Of a DNA stretch of 64,000 nucleotides, positions 49,636 to 61,737 are shown in pieces (the stretch's first letter is position 1; each line of letters opens with the position of its first letter). Where the stretch lies: contig NW_024704742.1 of assembly GCF_018977255.1 (NCBI RefSeq), forward strand, positions 100,132,001-100,196,000, in the 5' to 3' direction. A program made the translations under genes and the position numbers. The notes beneath the pieces were generated by a model, which did no database searches, was not told the origin of the DNA, and worked only from the letters and a program-made list of their open reading frames with translations. This DNA is from Callorhinchus milii. Taxonomy: Eukaryota.

Positions 49636-50839
49636 CTCAATAACTTGCATTATTATGGTGTCTCATTTTGTCAAACTGTCACAAAGCTTCACAAGTAGTT
49701 ACAGGCAAGTATAGGTAAACGTGGCAGGAGATTGTGGCAGCAAAAGTCTCACTCACAGTCTGGAGATGAATGGCCCAATTGATCTGGAAGATTGATGGGC
49801 CAGGACAAACACACACAAAAAAATTCTTATGGGGAGACTGGGTCCAGTTTCTTCTGAAAGAAACATTTAGTTAACGGGGATTGAGGGATTGATCTCATTT
49901 GGAAGGATTCTAAATGGTAATTTTACCACTGTAGGTTTATTTGAGAGCTGAGAAAACAGTGAACAATTTTTATATCACAAATCGTTCTACAGAATAACAG
50001 TAGTTTGTTTTCAAAATACTGCAAAATATCCAATCATTTATCAACAACATCAACAAAAGCTTTGGGGCGAAGTGGCTGAAAGCATGGCTGCTAAATGCTG
50101 TTTCTTCCATTTTGGTTTCTCTGAATTGCTGTTGCATAAACACGGGATTTGATAATTACAAACAGTTTGCATTCATATAGCAGCTTTTACATAAACATCT
50201 CAAATCCTTTCAAATGTGGCATGGAACCACAAATGGGGTGGGAGATTGGCGGTGCTGAAACACTACTTGGGAAAAGGAGTTCTTTGTTAAATATCGTTAT
50301 GGCACTATCCGAAAAGAGAAGAGTTTCTCAGGGTGTCCTGACCAACAATGAACATCACACCATAAAAAAAATAATGATCATTCGCTTCATGGTTGTTTGT
50401 GAAATGTTGCTATGCACAAATTAGATCACCGACAAAACACACTTTACAGCATATCATGCAAAACCCTTTGAGACATCCTCCTGATGTGAACGTCGCTGTA
50501 CCAAATGTAAGGATTATTATTAATTATGTGCTCAAGAGATTAAGAATTAAAAAGAGACAATGTGGGACAGATAACGCATCTATGTAGTTTATGATGACAT
50601 GAACACCCCTCCCCCCAGAAGAATTCCAAGTACATGAAGCTGCCAAAAACGTATCTTACTCAATCAAGCCCAGTGCAACTGTTGCTATGAAATGTCCAAA
50701 CACACTGAACCCATTTTCTCAAATACATTTTTGTAATCAATTAAAGTAGCCCTTGCTTAGCAAGAAAATGGTTTATAGTAAATGATACCTGATTCACCAA
50801 TTGCACATTCAATTTGTACTTTTACAAGGAATAGGGAAA

Positions 50840-51302
50840 ACATCTCAAAGCACTTCACAAAGATTCAGTGGGAATCCAAACTTAGGAGGGAGATAGAAAA
50901 GGATGGAGAAGCTGGCTGAAAGAACAATTAAGGAGATTTTTTTTAAAACACAGATTTTGAAAGCATAAAGAGAGAGTTGGGAGTGAGTTGCAGGAATTTC
51001 GGAAAAGAGTTCCAGAGGTTGGGACCCAACTGTCTGAAAACTCACCTGCTGATGGCAGAGCAAGCGGGGACATGAAGCAGCCCAGAGTTGGCAGAGTGGA
51101 GGGAATATAAACAGGTAATCAGAGATAGGGTAGGACAAGGCCATGGCAGCATTTGAAGGCAAAAGCGAGGATCTTAAAATGATCTGTTGGAAAATAATGT
51201 CAGGGAGCAGGGAGAGGATAGGGGTGATGCGCTCACAGAGTTCTGGAGGGTGGAATAGGGAAGGCTGGCAAGCAGAGCATTGGAAAAATCTATTCTGGAG
51301 GT
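50840..51302 (-). mobile_element. Old L2 3' part
   Basis: aaagcacttcaca tail, gagttccagaggttggg and gaggatcttaaaatgat. Confidence 0.65.
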
Positions 51303-51769
51303 AAAACAACAACTAGCATTTATACAGCATCTTCATGTAGGGTAGTAACTCGGGACACTAAACAATAGCGGTGTTTGATGCCTAAAGGTCATTGTTTGCC
51401 AGGACAAAGAAACTCTCTTCTCTTTTCAGATAGTGCTATAAGATATTTAACGCACACATGGCCAGGCCAATAGGGCCTCGGTTTAACTTCTCTTCTGTGC
51501 GTGTAGTGTATGTGTAGTGTGTGTGTAGGTGTGTACGCGCGCGCGAGAGAGAGAGTGGGGATAGGAGCAGTGGTGGAGGCAGAACATTCTGTCTAGTCAT
51601 GGTCCTGGAAAGGGAGCAGCAGGCAATGACATATTAGCAGCTTAGTTTTGAGTTGAAGCTCTACGCACTTGTCTGTCAGCCCCGTCTAACATCGCTCAAA
51701 CGTTTTATTCCAGTTTTCCAGCATGAATAAATCATAACAGTTACGATACAAGACATCACATAATGCATC

Positions 51770-52445
51770 AACTTGGTTCAATTAGCAGCATTCTTGCCTC
51801 TGTGGATTTAAGCCTCACACTGGATTTGAGCTCAGTCTAGGCTGGAGCAATACTGGGAGGGGGTTGCACTGTCAAAGGTCTCGTGCCTTGGGTGAAATAT
51901 TAAACCAAGATCAACAACAGCAACTTGCATTTATATAGTGCCTTTTACATGGGGCAGTGTCCCGGAGTGTTTGTCAGTGACGAAGTCTGACACCAAGCCA
52001 GGGGGAGAGACTTGAAAACAAGTGAGAGGATCTTGAAATCAATCCATTCAGTAATTGGGAGCCAGGGGAGTCTGGCAAGGACTGGTGTGATGGGGGTACA
52101 GAGTTTTGTGCGGTTTAGTATCTGGGTGGAGGCGTTTTGAATTAATTGGATTAATTGGGACGTCCTCCTGACGTGAAAGGCGCTTTATAAATGGAATCTT
52201 GTTGTTGTTGTTTGTGTATGGTGGAGCTGGGGAGACCAGCAATGAAGGCACTGGAATAGCCGGGAAGTGACCAAGGCGTGGACAAGGGTGTTGGTCCCAT
52301 CTGTCTATTCAGGTGAACATTAATGAAGATTCTCAGCGTCCTGGCCAACAAACCTCACGGTTTATGGGTTGTCGATAGTAAAAATTACTGCCACTTTTGC
52401 CCAAAATGGACTTGACAGTCCTGTTAAACTTTTTGAAACCTTTGA
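51770..52445 (+). mobile_element. Old Deu SINE interrupted by an old minus-strand L2 (about 51912-52290), itself interrupted by a young plus-strand L2 tail (52155-52212)
   Basis: The SINE core ends at tattaaaccaaga and resumes at ggtcccatctgtctattcaggtgaacat. The nested pieces match other copies in the window. Confidence 0.65.
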
Positions 52446-52820
52446 ATAACAAGTTACATTTACATAGCACATTTGGGCCTGGAGAACATCTCAAACACTT
52501 CACACAACTGACAGGAAACCCAAGCTGCGGAGTCGGTGGGCGATGCTGAGGAGAGGAGGGGGATAAGGTGGGGAAAACAGGGTCAAAGGAACAGATTAAG
52601 TGTGTGGAGGGTGGGGGGGAGAAGATGGCAAGATGGAGGGAGTCTGAGATGAAGTTCCAGAGACCATGGGCAGCATGGTTGAAAGCTCACCCAATAATGG
52701 TCGAGGAGCAGATAGGGGATTGAAACATACCAGGGTTTGCTGAGCAGAAAAGCACTGGTCAGTACAGTGTCAGGAGATTGTACAAATAGGGTAAGGTGAT
52801 GCAAGGTTGTTAAGTCATTT

Positions 52821-53132
52821 GGAGTCCTGCAGCTCAGTGGTTAGAGCACTCGCCTTGCAAGCAAGACACCTGGATTCAATTCCAGGCAGGGAGAAATCTT
52901 GGGCAAGTTTCCTTACTCCACACCCCTAGTAATAATCCCTGCAAAACAAAACAATAAATTGGTCATTTTCAATCCACGACTGTTTGTGGGACACTGCTGT
53001 GCGCAATTGGCTGCCGCATTTCGCCCACAGATATGCGGTCAAATTCACTTTACAGCATATTCTGTGAAGCGCTTTGAGACGTCTAGAAGACATGAAAAGC
53101 GCTACATCAAATGCAAGGATTATTATTATTAT
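52821..53132 (+). mobile_element. tRNA-derived SINE, short subfamily, inserted in an old minus-strand L2 (about 52445-53425)
   Basis: Full-length SINE. L2 antisense sequence continues on both sides. Confidence 0.9.
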
Positions 53133-53875
53133 AAGAACAAGAATCATGAATTTGATCTGCTGTGGAGCCAACTGAGGATGGGTGTAAACGGCTGGTGTGG
53201 GTGGGAGAGAACTCGAGCTGCAAAGTTGTGGATGGTCTGCAGCCTTTGTAGGAAGGGGGAGAGCTGGGGAGTGTTGGAATAATCAAGCCTGAAAGTCATG
53301 AAGGAGTTGATGAGGAATTCAGCAATCTGGGGCGGGGGTGACAGAGATTGCGGGGATGAGGGAAAGCAAAGTGAGTGATAGCCAGAATGTGAGAATCCAG
53401 GTTTGAAGAAGACATCGAGGTTCCAGTGAACATCTGCACATGTCGATGTGGTCAGCGACTGCTGTTAGGAGGTACTAACAAGAAACAAGCAGGACAGCCT
53501 TGAAATGATAAGGTGCTATAAAACGCAAATTCTCTGTTTCTTACCTATCATGGATTTCTTCTCAGACTCTTAATCGCGGTAGAAAAAGTTCTACATGAAT
53601 ATTTCCAGACCCTCAGTGGTAACCACAATCAACACAAAAATGTTTGAAGGATATTTATTTTAACCACCAGCTAGTAGAAGTTCTGGTTGCACATTACATT
53701 AAATGTGTTTTACATTATTCAGCATCAAAGGTCCAGAAGCAATTTTCCTGAACACTATGTAGATGGTTCAAGCTGGAAAAGGGAGTTCAGTCCACAAAAT
53801 GGTTACAATAATGGGATTAGGTCTCTGAGAGCAAGCAAAATACAATGCATGCATCTCAAATGGGGCGGAGATATT

Positions 53876-54348
53876 AACAATAACAATAATCCTTGCATCT
53901 GATACAGCGGCTTTTCACTTCTTCGAGACATCTCAAAGCACTTCACAGAATATACTGTAAAGTGAATTGACTGTACATTTTGTGGGTGAACGCAGCAGCC
54001 AATTGCGCACAACAGTGCCCTACAAACAGTTGTGGATTGAGTGACCAAATTATTATTATTATTTTTTAAAGGAACTATTACCCCCGGAAAAGTGATCTGC
54101 CAATTGACTAACAACCAGGTTCCTACTTACTGCCATGTACACAGAGGCGTGTGGAGTAAGGAAACTTGCACAACATTTCACCCTGACGGGAATCGAACCA
54201 ATAGCTTGAAGGCTGAGTTGAGGAAGGGCAGGAGAAGGCTCATGTGAAGCATAAACACCGGCATAGATCAGTTGGGCTGAATGGCCTGTTTCTGTGCTGT
54301 ATATTCTAAAGTGAGGTCTCTCGCTTACGAGGGAAGTGCTCTAACCAC
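53876..54348 (-). mobile_element. tRNA-derived SINE, long subfamily, head split by a CR1 3' end (54205-54308)
   Basis: gggaatcgaacc|insert|aggtctctcgcttacgagggaagtgctctaaccac. Confidence 0.85.
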
Positions 54349-57300
54349 ATTCAGGTAAAGTGAGTTCAGCAGGATAAGTGAGATGATCACTGGTAATTCA
54401 AATTCAATAGAGGCACTAAATACAGACACCATAATATGAGGTGTATATAGTCCATAGACAGAGGTAGTTCAGCAATGGAAAAATTAAAAACGATCTACAT
54501 TGTGTTTGTTGACTCACTTTCATTGCAGTCTAATTTCACAGATGCTTAATGCTCCCTGGTATCTCAATGAATTGGCCACTGTTTGTGTATAAGTTTGCCA
54601 GCAAGTATTAACAGGCACAAGGACACCTGAGCCAAGCCTTGGCTAAGAATGACAAGCAGGAACCCCGCCTGATATTCTCCTGTTGCTGGATTCAGATCAA
54701 GTAACTCAACACTGACGTACAATTGAGCCTGGGACCTTCCTAGTCTGGGCTGCGTAGCTGCCAGTGAGCCACAGGGAGAGCTCACAAGCTGCAGCTCTAA
54801 TGCTAAATGTATCCAGTCCCTAAAAAGGATGGTGACGCCCCTGAAATGCAACAGGAAAGCAATATCCATTTACCAGAAGTACTACACAGATCTGGGCTTT
54901 TAAAAAGTGATATTAACAAAAAGCTTGCCCTCGGATTCCTCCGTGTTGCACCCAATCTGCTTAGCAACTAAATCTAGTGCTGCTGGATGATGTGAACACA
55001 AGCACATCTCTCATAGCTGGTTCATGCAAGCCGCTTACTGCCATCTGTAAAGGGCAGATCGGTTTCAAAGAATTCTGCGTGGAGCTCTGTGATGAAGGAA
55101 GTTGAACAGATACTGTACAAAGCAATTTAAATGCTACTTGCAGTTTACATTCTGCCAATACTGTACACCTTCCCTGGCTGTGATCCCCAAAATGACAAAA
55201 AAAGTGTTGGAAATCTACTTCCAAATTGGACTTGAACCATTCAGGGGGTAGGTCTCATGTCAGGCTGATTCAAAGTCACCTCACTCCCCTTCCACCCCAC
55301 AACACTTAAATATCAACTGGACCCCACCCACAAATCCTGCCAGTGGTTCTCTGGCTCATCCGCCCATGTTACTTTGCCAATTTGCCAATCGACATCCCAA
55401 ATTGTTATGTTAAAAATTACATTTTAAAATATTATACAATATAATCCTCACATTTGGTACAGTACCTTTCGTGTCAATGCACATCTGCAGTTAGTCTTTT
55501 TAATATAAAACGTTCCAATATGTCAGGAGGATATCACAAAGCGATAAACTACGAAGGGTAGTGACTTGTGTATTTGTCGGCAAAAGTGGCAGACAATTTT
55601 CACACAGCAATATCCCAAACAGCCATGAAGTGAATGATCTATTTATTTGAGGAATCATTGGCCAGCACACCTGGAGAAACTACCTTCTTGTTCTAAATAC
55701 AACTACTACTTTTTTGTAAATAGGGTAATAATAATAATCTTTGCAGTTGATTTAGTACTTTATCAAGTTGTCGAGATGTCTCAAATTGCTTTACGAAACA
55801 TACTGTAAAGTGTATTGACCGTGGATGAAAGTGCAATTTGGAATAAGTGTAAACATACTGTAAACATGCACACATTTAGTTTTGTTTTATAGAAAACTAG
55901 TATGGACAGGAGGATTGAGTGATTTTAAAAAAAGAGGGATAGAAAATACTTTGAGTACCTATCTCCCTTTAGTGAAGCTATCCCTTTGCAGGGAGTTTAA
56001 TACAAAAAAAAGGAGACATCAGTGGGAAATATATTTTGGAATTGACGTTTTGTTTTATGAATTTGAAAGTTGATATAAAAAATGTTCTTCACTGAAACCA
56101 AGATTGGTCTTTGATTACTGAACTTGTGTTATTTGACTCAGTTTTATATTAAGAAGACTAACTTCAAATGTGCATTGTTTTCCATTTCCTCAGAAAGCAC
56201 ATTACACACATTATTCTGGATGGATTTTCACTCAAAGCCTTTCCTCAGAACAAGTCAGTCAGTGATGGAACAAGTCAGTCATGGGTCAGTTTCTAAAATG
56301 AAAATGTCCCCAGAGGATTGTGACCGCCCACCGGCTAAAACAAAAGACTACACAACTGGTAGGAGTGGGGAAAAAAGAAACATGGACCATTACTTGCTCA
56401 GTGATTTCTAGCACTCAGTATAATTTAGGAGTGTAGGATGCTGTGGCATTTAGAACATTCTTTTCACTCACTGCGTCCTTATAGAGTACACAGAGGTAGC
56501 ATCTCAACACACACACACACACACTCATATATTGTATGTACATGTTTTCACATTTTGGAGAATTTTAATAGCTCTCAGAAACTACTCTTGTCTCTGGCAT
56601 CTGGCCTGCCATCCAACCACAGGTGGAATCAAATCCTAAATCTGACAGGCCACATGCACTGAATGGACTCGGATTAGTCAATCCAATCAATTTCCTCTGC
56701 CAGCTCTGTTCGACCATCTGACAGTCCATTACACAACAGAACATCCCTATCAGAGGGATGACAGCCCAAGGTGGAGACCTGCAGGGAGAAATTCCATCCG
56801 GGTCGACATTTACTCTATTTCTGCAGTATTTCAGAGTGTCCACAATTTGGCACATTCTCAAAAGCAGCCTTAATTTGAACCTGTTTTCCGCTAAGTTTCT
56901 TTTAAGAACTACAGNAAAAAAATTCAAAGTTAAGATTGAATTTAACAATTTTTCAAATTATGCGTGCTCAAAAATGCTACACAAGGAAATCTAGACCCAT
57001 TGAGGAGACAGTCGGAGGAGAAAAGGTATAACATGAATGGAAAATTGACAGCTATCATAAAACAGGCTGAGATTAATACCTGTGCAAAGAAAAATCTCAT
57101 AAATCAACAAGGAGCATGGGTAAAAATGTAGCAGATTAACAAAATACAGTCACACTACTTTGCACTAAATTCTGGGAAACGTTTTGAGGCATTGTCCTGA
57201 CGGAAAGGCGCTGTATCAAATGCAAGGATTATTACTACTATTATTTTATTATTAACAACTGCTGAAGTAGGAATCTCCTTTGACATCCAAACAGTGCATA

Positions 57301-59738
57301 TTAAACTGAGATACACGTTCAACTTGACTTTTCTAAAAGTCACTCAATGAGTTAATTCAGTCCTCTACAGAGCAGCATAGTTGCCCTTGGAAATAAGAAA
57401 TCAAAACTTTTCCCTATCTCTCTCCTCTCTTCCCCTTTCCTCTTCTCCAAACAAAGTCTGGTACTCGTCTGACAGATGAGCATCACAAAATACAGTTAAT
57501 TAATCACAAGCTTAATTATGCACTCATCATGCAACAAGGCACTTCAAAGTTGCCCTTCTTTTCAACCTATACATGAAAACATTAAGCACAGCAACAAAAA
57601 GCTTGAAGGCATAAAATGCGTATGTTTTGCACCTGCCAGAGATGTGTAGAGAGGGAAGAACACACATATAATAAAATGACCGAAAGCTTTTTAACAGAAG
57701 ACACTGCTTCAGGCAGCAGCCGTGATATTTCACCACCTGTTCCCCTTTGTTTTCCTTACACCAATTAAAATGGCAAAATGTAATAATGAGCCATTCATAC
57801 ATAGCACACTCCAGCTGCCTCTGCATCAAGACGCTGCATTTCACAATCTGGCACACAGTCATTTGAACTTTAACACAACCCCCTCACCAGCACTAGGCTC
57901 ATCCAAAATCGCAAGAGGAGAATGTTTCTCAAACAAAAATCAGTCAAACTCCGTGCAATCATTAGAGACTTAAGCTTGTCAGCGCAATAAACAAGGGCAG
58001 TCTTCATTGCTAAAATCAAGCCAACAGCTGTGGGTATAGAGACTATCTAAGTAACCACATGACCCAGATACCACATAATTCATGTGCTGCGATACTCAAT
58101 TTGTCAAAAGGGAGCTTTGTATTTGTAACAGTGCAAACTTTAATTTCAATCAATTAACCTAAAGGAGATTTAGGTTGGGAGCTTGAGCTTCCACCAAGAA
58201 TTGCTGCAGTGGCTTCTCATTTGACCAAAATATGAATCACCAATCAGGGCGATGAGTGTTTTTAAAAAAAACAAGAATAAGGGCAAAAAGGCGAAATCAA
58301 CAGCCCACGTTTGGTTCGGTCCGCAAGCTCTAGGGATTTGCCAGATCTGTGTACATAAGCCTGCATCAGCGCTCAACAGTTCTTAACCCTCCATGTCATG
58401 CAAGCTAAACATGTGAGTGTGCATGCACTCCAATGACCCATTCAGGGTAAATAATTACAAAAGAAACTACTGTCGACAGTTTGATACACACATTAAGCCC
58501 AAGGTTGCATTACATAACAAACAAAATCAATCAGACCATTTAGTTCCCACTGGGCAATAACCTGCCCCATTAACAGGCTCCGAATTGGTTATGGTGACTA
58601 CATTTGCATCAAGGTTGTTGTACAGATCCACAAGGGCACGTTACCATAATAACACACAGCCTCTTATTTTTGTTGTTTTTCAAAGGTTTTTAAAAAATCT
58701 CAACCCATTCGAACTTACTTATACTGTACTTCACATCCATCACCACAATGTGAGTTTGGGGAATTTTCAAGTTTAACAGGCCAAATAATTTGGCTTGGGT
58801 TGGTACATAGCATTGTATCAAATGCAGGTTTTAACTAAGCATTAGACAGCCATTCAGCAAATGATGAGCTCAAATCTCCAAGCTCTGCAGGATAAATGGC
58901 TGCTGTTCAACTGAGGGCGTCCATTGTTTCTGATCATACCAAGCTTTGGCCACGAATCGGAAGTCCAGAGTGCCACACCCAGTTTTTGACCATTGAGAAC
59001 AGTCTTGGGGGAGCAGGGAAAGGAAAGAGGGTCCACCTTTATCCAATAACGTAATAAATAATGCCACATGGATTGCAGATTTCAATAACAGAATGAAACA
59101 TGATTCATACACACTGGTACTGGACATGTATGGACAAATACATTTTGTTTTTACTTAGGGCAGATATATATGCCTTTCTTCCCATTTTCTTCTGAACAGG
59201 AATTTTTAGCTTGCACATCCAAACCTGGGACAAACAATGACTTAAAAAAAAAACATTGGCATTAACAGCCAGCATTTGTTATTAACTGGCATATTCTGGG
59301 AAAACATTCAACACTAAAGAATGTGTTGCTTAAACCAAATACACATTGATTTGGTTTATATGTTACATCAAGAAAGACGTTAGACCCTGGGAAATGGGTC
59401 ATGTCTTTTCTTTACACTCAGCATCAGCAGTGAGCACTCAGTCCCAGGTCAGGTACATACAGCTGAAGGACAGGTCAGACAAGCCGCCCTTAGCCATACT
59501 CAAATAATATGGCTCAACCTTAATCTCTGCGCCGTTGATCACCCAGCTTAATGTGCTCAACACAAGCAAGAGGTCACTGGACAAATTAAAAGATGAATTT
59601 GTTCACAAATCAGACCAGTTTATTACTAAGTGCTGTTCAACCTATTTTAAAAAAGGTTGAGGATTAATATCTCATAAAACATTATTTTTGCCTAATCTGT
59701 CAGAAAGGTGACTAAATCCAACCTATGAATATCTCCTA

Positions 59739-60110
59739 GAGTCCTGTAGCTCAGCGGTTTGAGCAGTCGCCTCGCAAGCAAGAAATTGAGTTCAATTTCC
59801 AGCAGGACAAAATGTTGGGCAAGTTTCCTTAGACCACCTGCCTCTGTTTACCTAGTAGTAGTAAGTAGGAATCCGGTTGTTAGTCGATTGCTGGATCGCT
59901 TTTCCAGGAATAATAATTCCTTCAAAAACAAATTGGTCATTTCAATCCACAACTGTTTGTGGGACACTGCTGTGCAAAATTGATTGCTGCATTTTGCCCA
60001 CAAAATATACAGTCAATTCACTTTACAGTATATTCTGTGAAGCGCTTTGAGATGTCTCGAAGATGTGTTAAAGCGCTATATCAAATGCAAGTATTATTAA
60101 TTATTATTAT
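59739..60110 (+). mobile_element. tRNA-derived SINE, long subfamily
   Basis: Head, then gcctctgtttacctagtagtagtaagtaggaatccggttgttagtcgattg, then tail. Confidence 0.9.
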
Positions 60111-60428
60111 CTCTACAGATGTGCTCAGTACCAATCCACCAGAAAATACCTCAAATGTTCCGTAAGGACTAACCCACAGTAACTCAGACTACATTCTTTC
60201 CCCACCCCCGACACACACACCCCGATAGATCAATGGATAGAAGTACAGGCTGGAGAAAAAGTGTTACAAAATTGCTTTTTTAGTTGTTTTGATTTTGTTA
60301 AAGAGCAAAACTCTCTCTGGATTTGTCCAGTTCCGAGTTCTCTGAGGACTGCTCACAAATACATCTGAAATCGTATGCGAGCCATACAGTTGCACAGCTG
60401 CAGGTTCAAATCCTAGTTTGGACCAAGT

Positions 60429-60738
60429 TAATAACAATATTTGCATTTGGTATAGCGCCTTATCACATCTTTGAGACATCTCAAAGTGCTTGCAGAATAT
60501 ACTGTAAAGTGACTTTATATTTTGTGGGTGAAACCCAGCAGCCAATTGCGCACAACAGTCTCCAACAAACAGTCGTGGATTGAGTGACCAATTTATTATG
60601 TTTTGAAGGGATTATTACCCCCGGCAAAGCAATCCGGCCAATCGACTAACAACTGGGTCCTACTTACTGCTAGGTAAACAGAGGCGTGTGGAGTAAGGAA
60701 ACTTGCCTAAGGTTTCGCCCTGCCCGGGAATCGAATCC
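60429..60738 (-). mobile_element. tRNA-derived SINE, long subfamily, truncated within the head
   Basis: Reverse complement of the 59739 copy up to the B box. Confidence 0.88.
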
Positions 60739-61472
60739 AACCAATACACGACAGAATTCCACAAACTGGTCAGCGGAACAGCAGTTAAGATTTTTATAAT
60801 TGGTGTCAGTGGCCCCGCATTAAGGAGGGCGGATTAGTCAGGGTTCACACTACTCATTGCTATCCAAAGACCCCTGCTATAAGATGAGTGAGAGTGGACA
60901 TTAGGCGAGGACAGGATCATGCTTGGCTCTGATGTGTCATCGGCCCCTGTGGTTCAATAGCCTACAAACAGTCAACGTCGCACTGATCGACTCACTGAAT
61001 AATAGTCATGAGGCTGAGGCACTGAAACTGTTCCCTTGGAATTGTACCTCAGTAAGAGGAAAAGCGATTCAACTGTCTGTAGGAAAGGAGAGGGTAGGAA
61101 AAAACAGAAACTCAACCAGCACACAGAAAGAACACAAGGCTTACTCAGGAGTAAAGCAGAGCACTGCATCATCGCGTTTCCAAGACTTTGTGATTTCATA
61201 CAACCATCGGATGTTAACAGAAACATTTATCCAAAAGCAAACTTTTGGATGGCACTGTATTTTAAGCTTCCGGATGATTTTATATAGCTAGTGATATAAA
61301 AAACTGATTGCATTTGATGCAGCACCAAGAACATCAAAATCACCTCAAAGCGCTTCTTTGCAGGGTAATTGATGTATTTATTGTGTTGTGACCGACTTGT
61401 GTTAATGTCTCCAAACTATTTGCAGTAATTTATCTGCAAATTTATCTACAATTCAACAAGTTAGATTGATGT

Positions 61473-61737
61473 AATAATACTTGCATTTGATATAGCACCT
61501 TATCACGTCTTTGAGATGTCTCAAAGCGCTTCACAAACCAGCCCGTGAAGCGCTTTGAGACATCCTCCTATCGTGAAAGGTGCAATTGGTTGCCGCGATT
61601 CACCCACAAAATACACAGTCAATCCACTTTACAATATATTCTGTGAAACGCTTTTGAGACGTCTCAATGACACGATAAGGCACTATATCAAATGCTAGGA
61701 TTATAGTTCTATTTTTAGTATTATTATTATTATTATG
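61473..61737. mobile_element. Rearranged cluster of SINE 3' tails (minus, plus, plus)
   Basis: Three aaagcgcttcac / gtgaagcgcttt modules within 260 bp. Confidence 0.8.

Noticed and set aside
54570..54600. Minus-strand AAC TTA TAC ACA AAC (NLYTN), resembling the upstream CK1-gamma exon KNLYTNEYVAIKL
   Set aside because: It continues SGQFIE, and there is no adjacent acceptor AG or donor at the expected distance. Chance match.
60800..61020. Possible additional ancient SINE fragments (also about 54660-54775 and 15300-15350)
   Set aside because: The resemblance is from memory only and too degenerate to assign without an HMM search.
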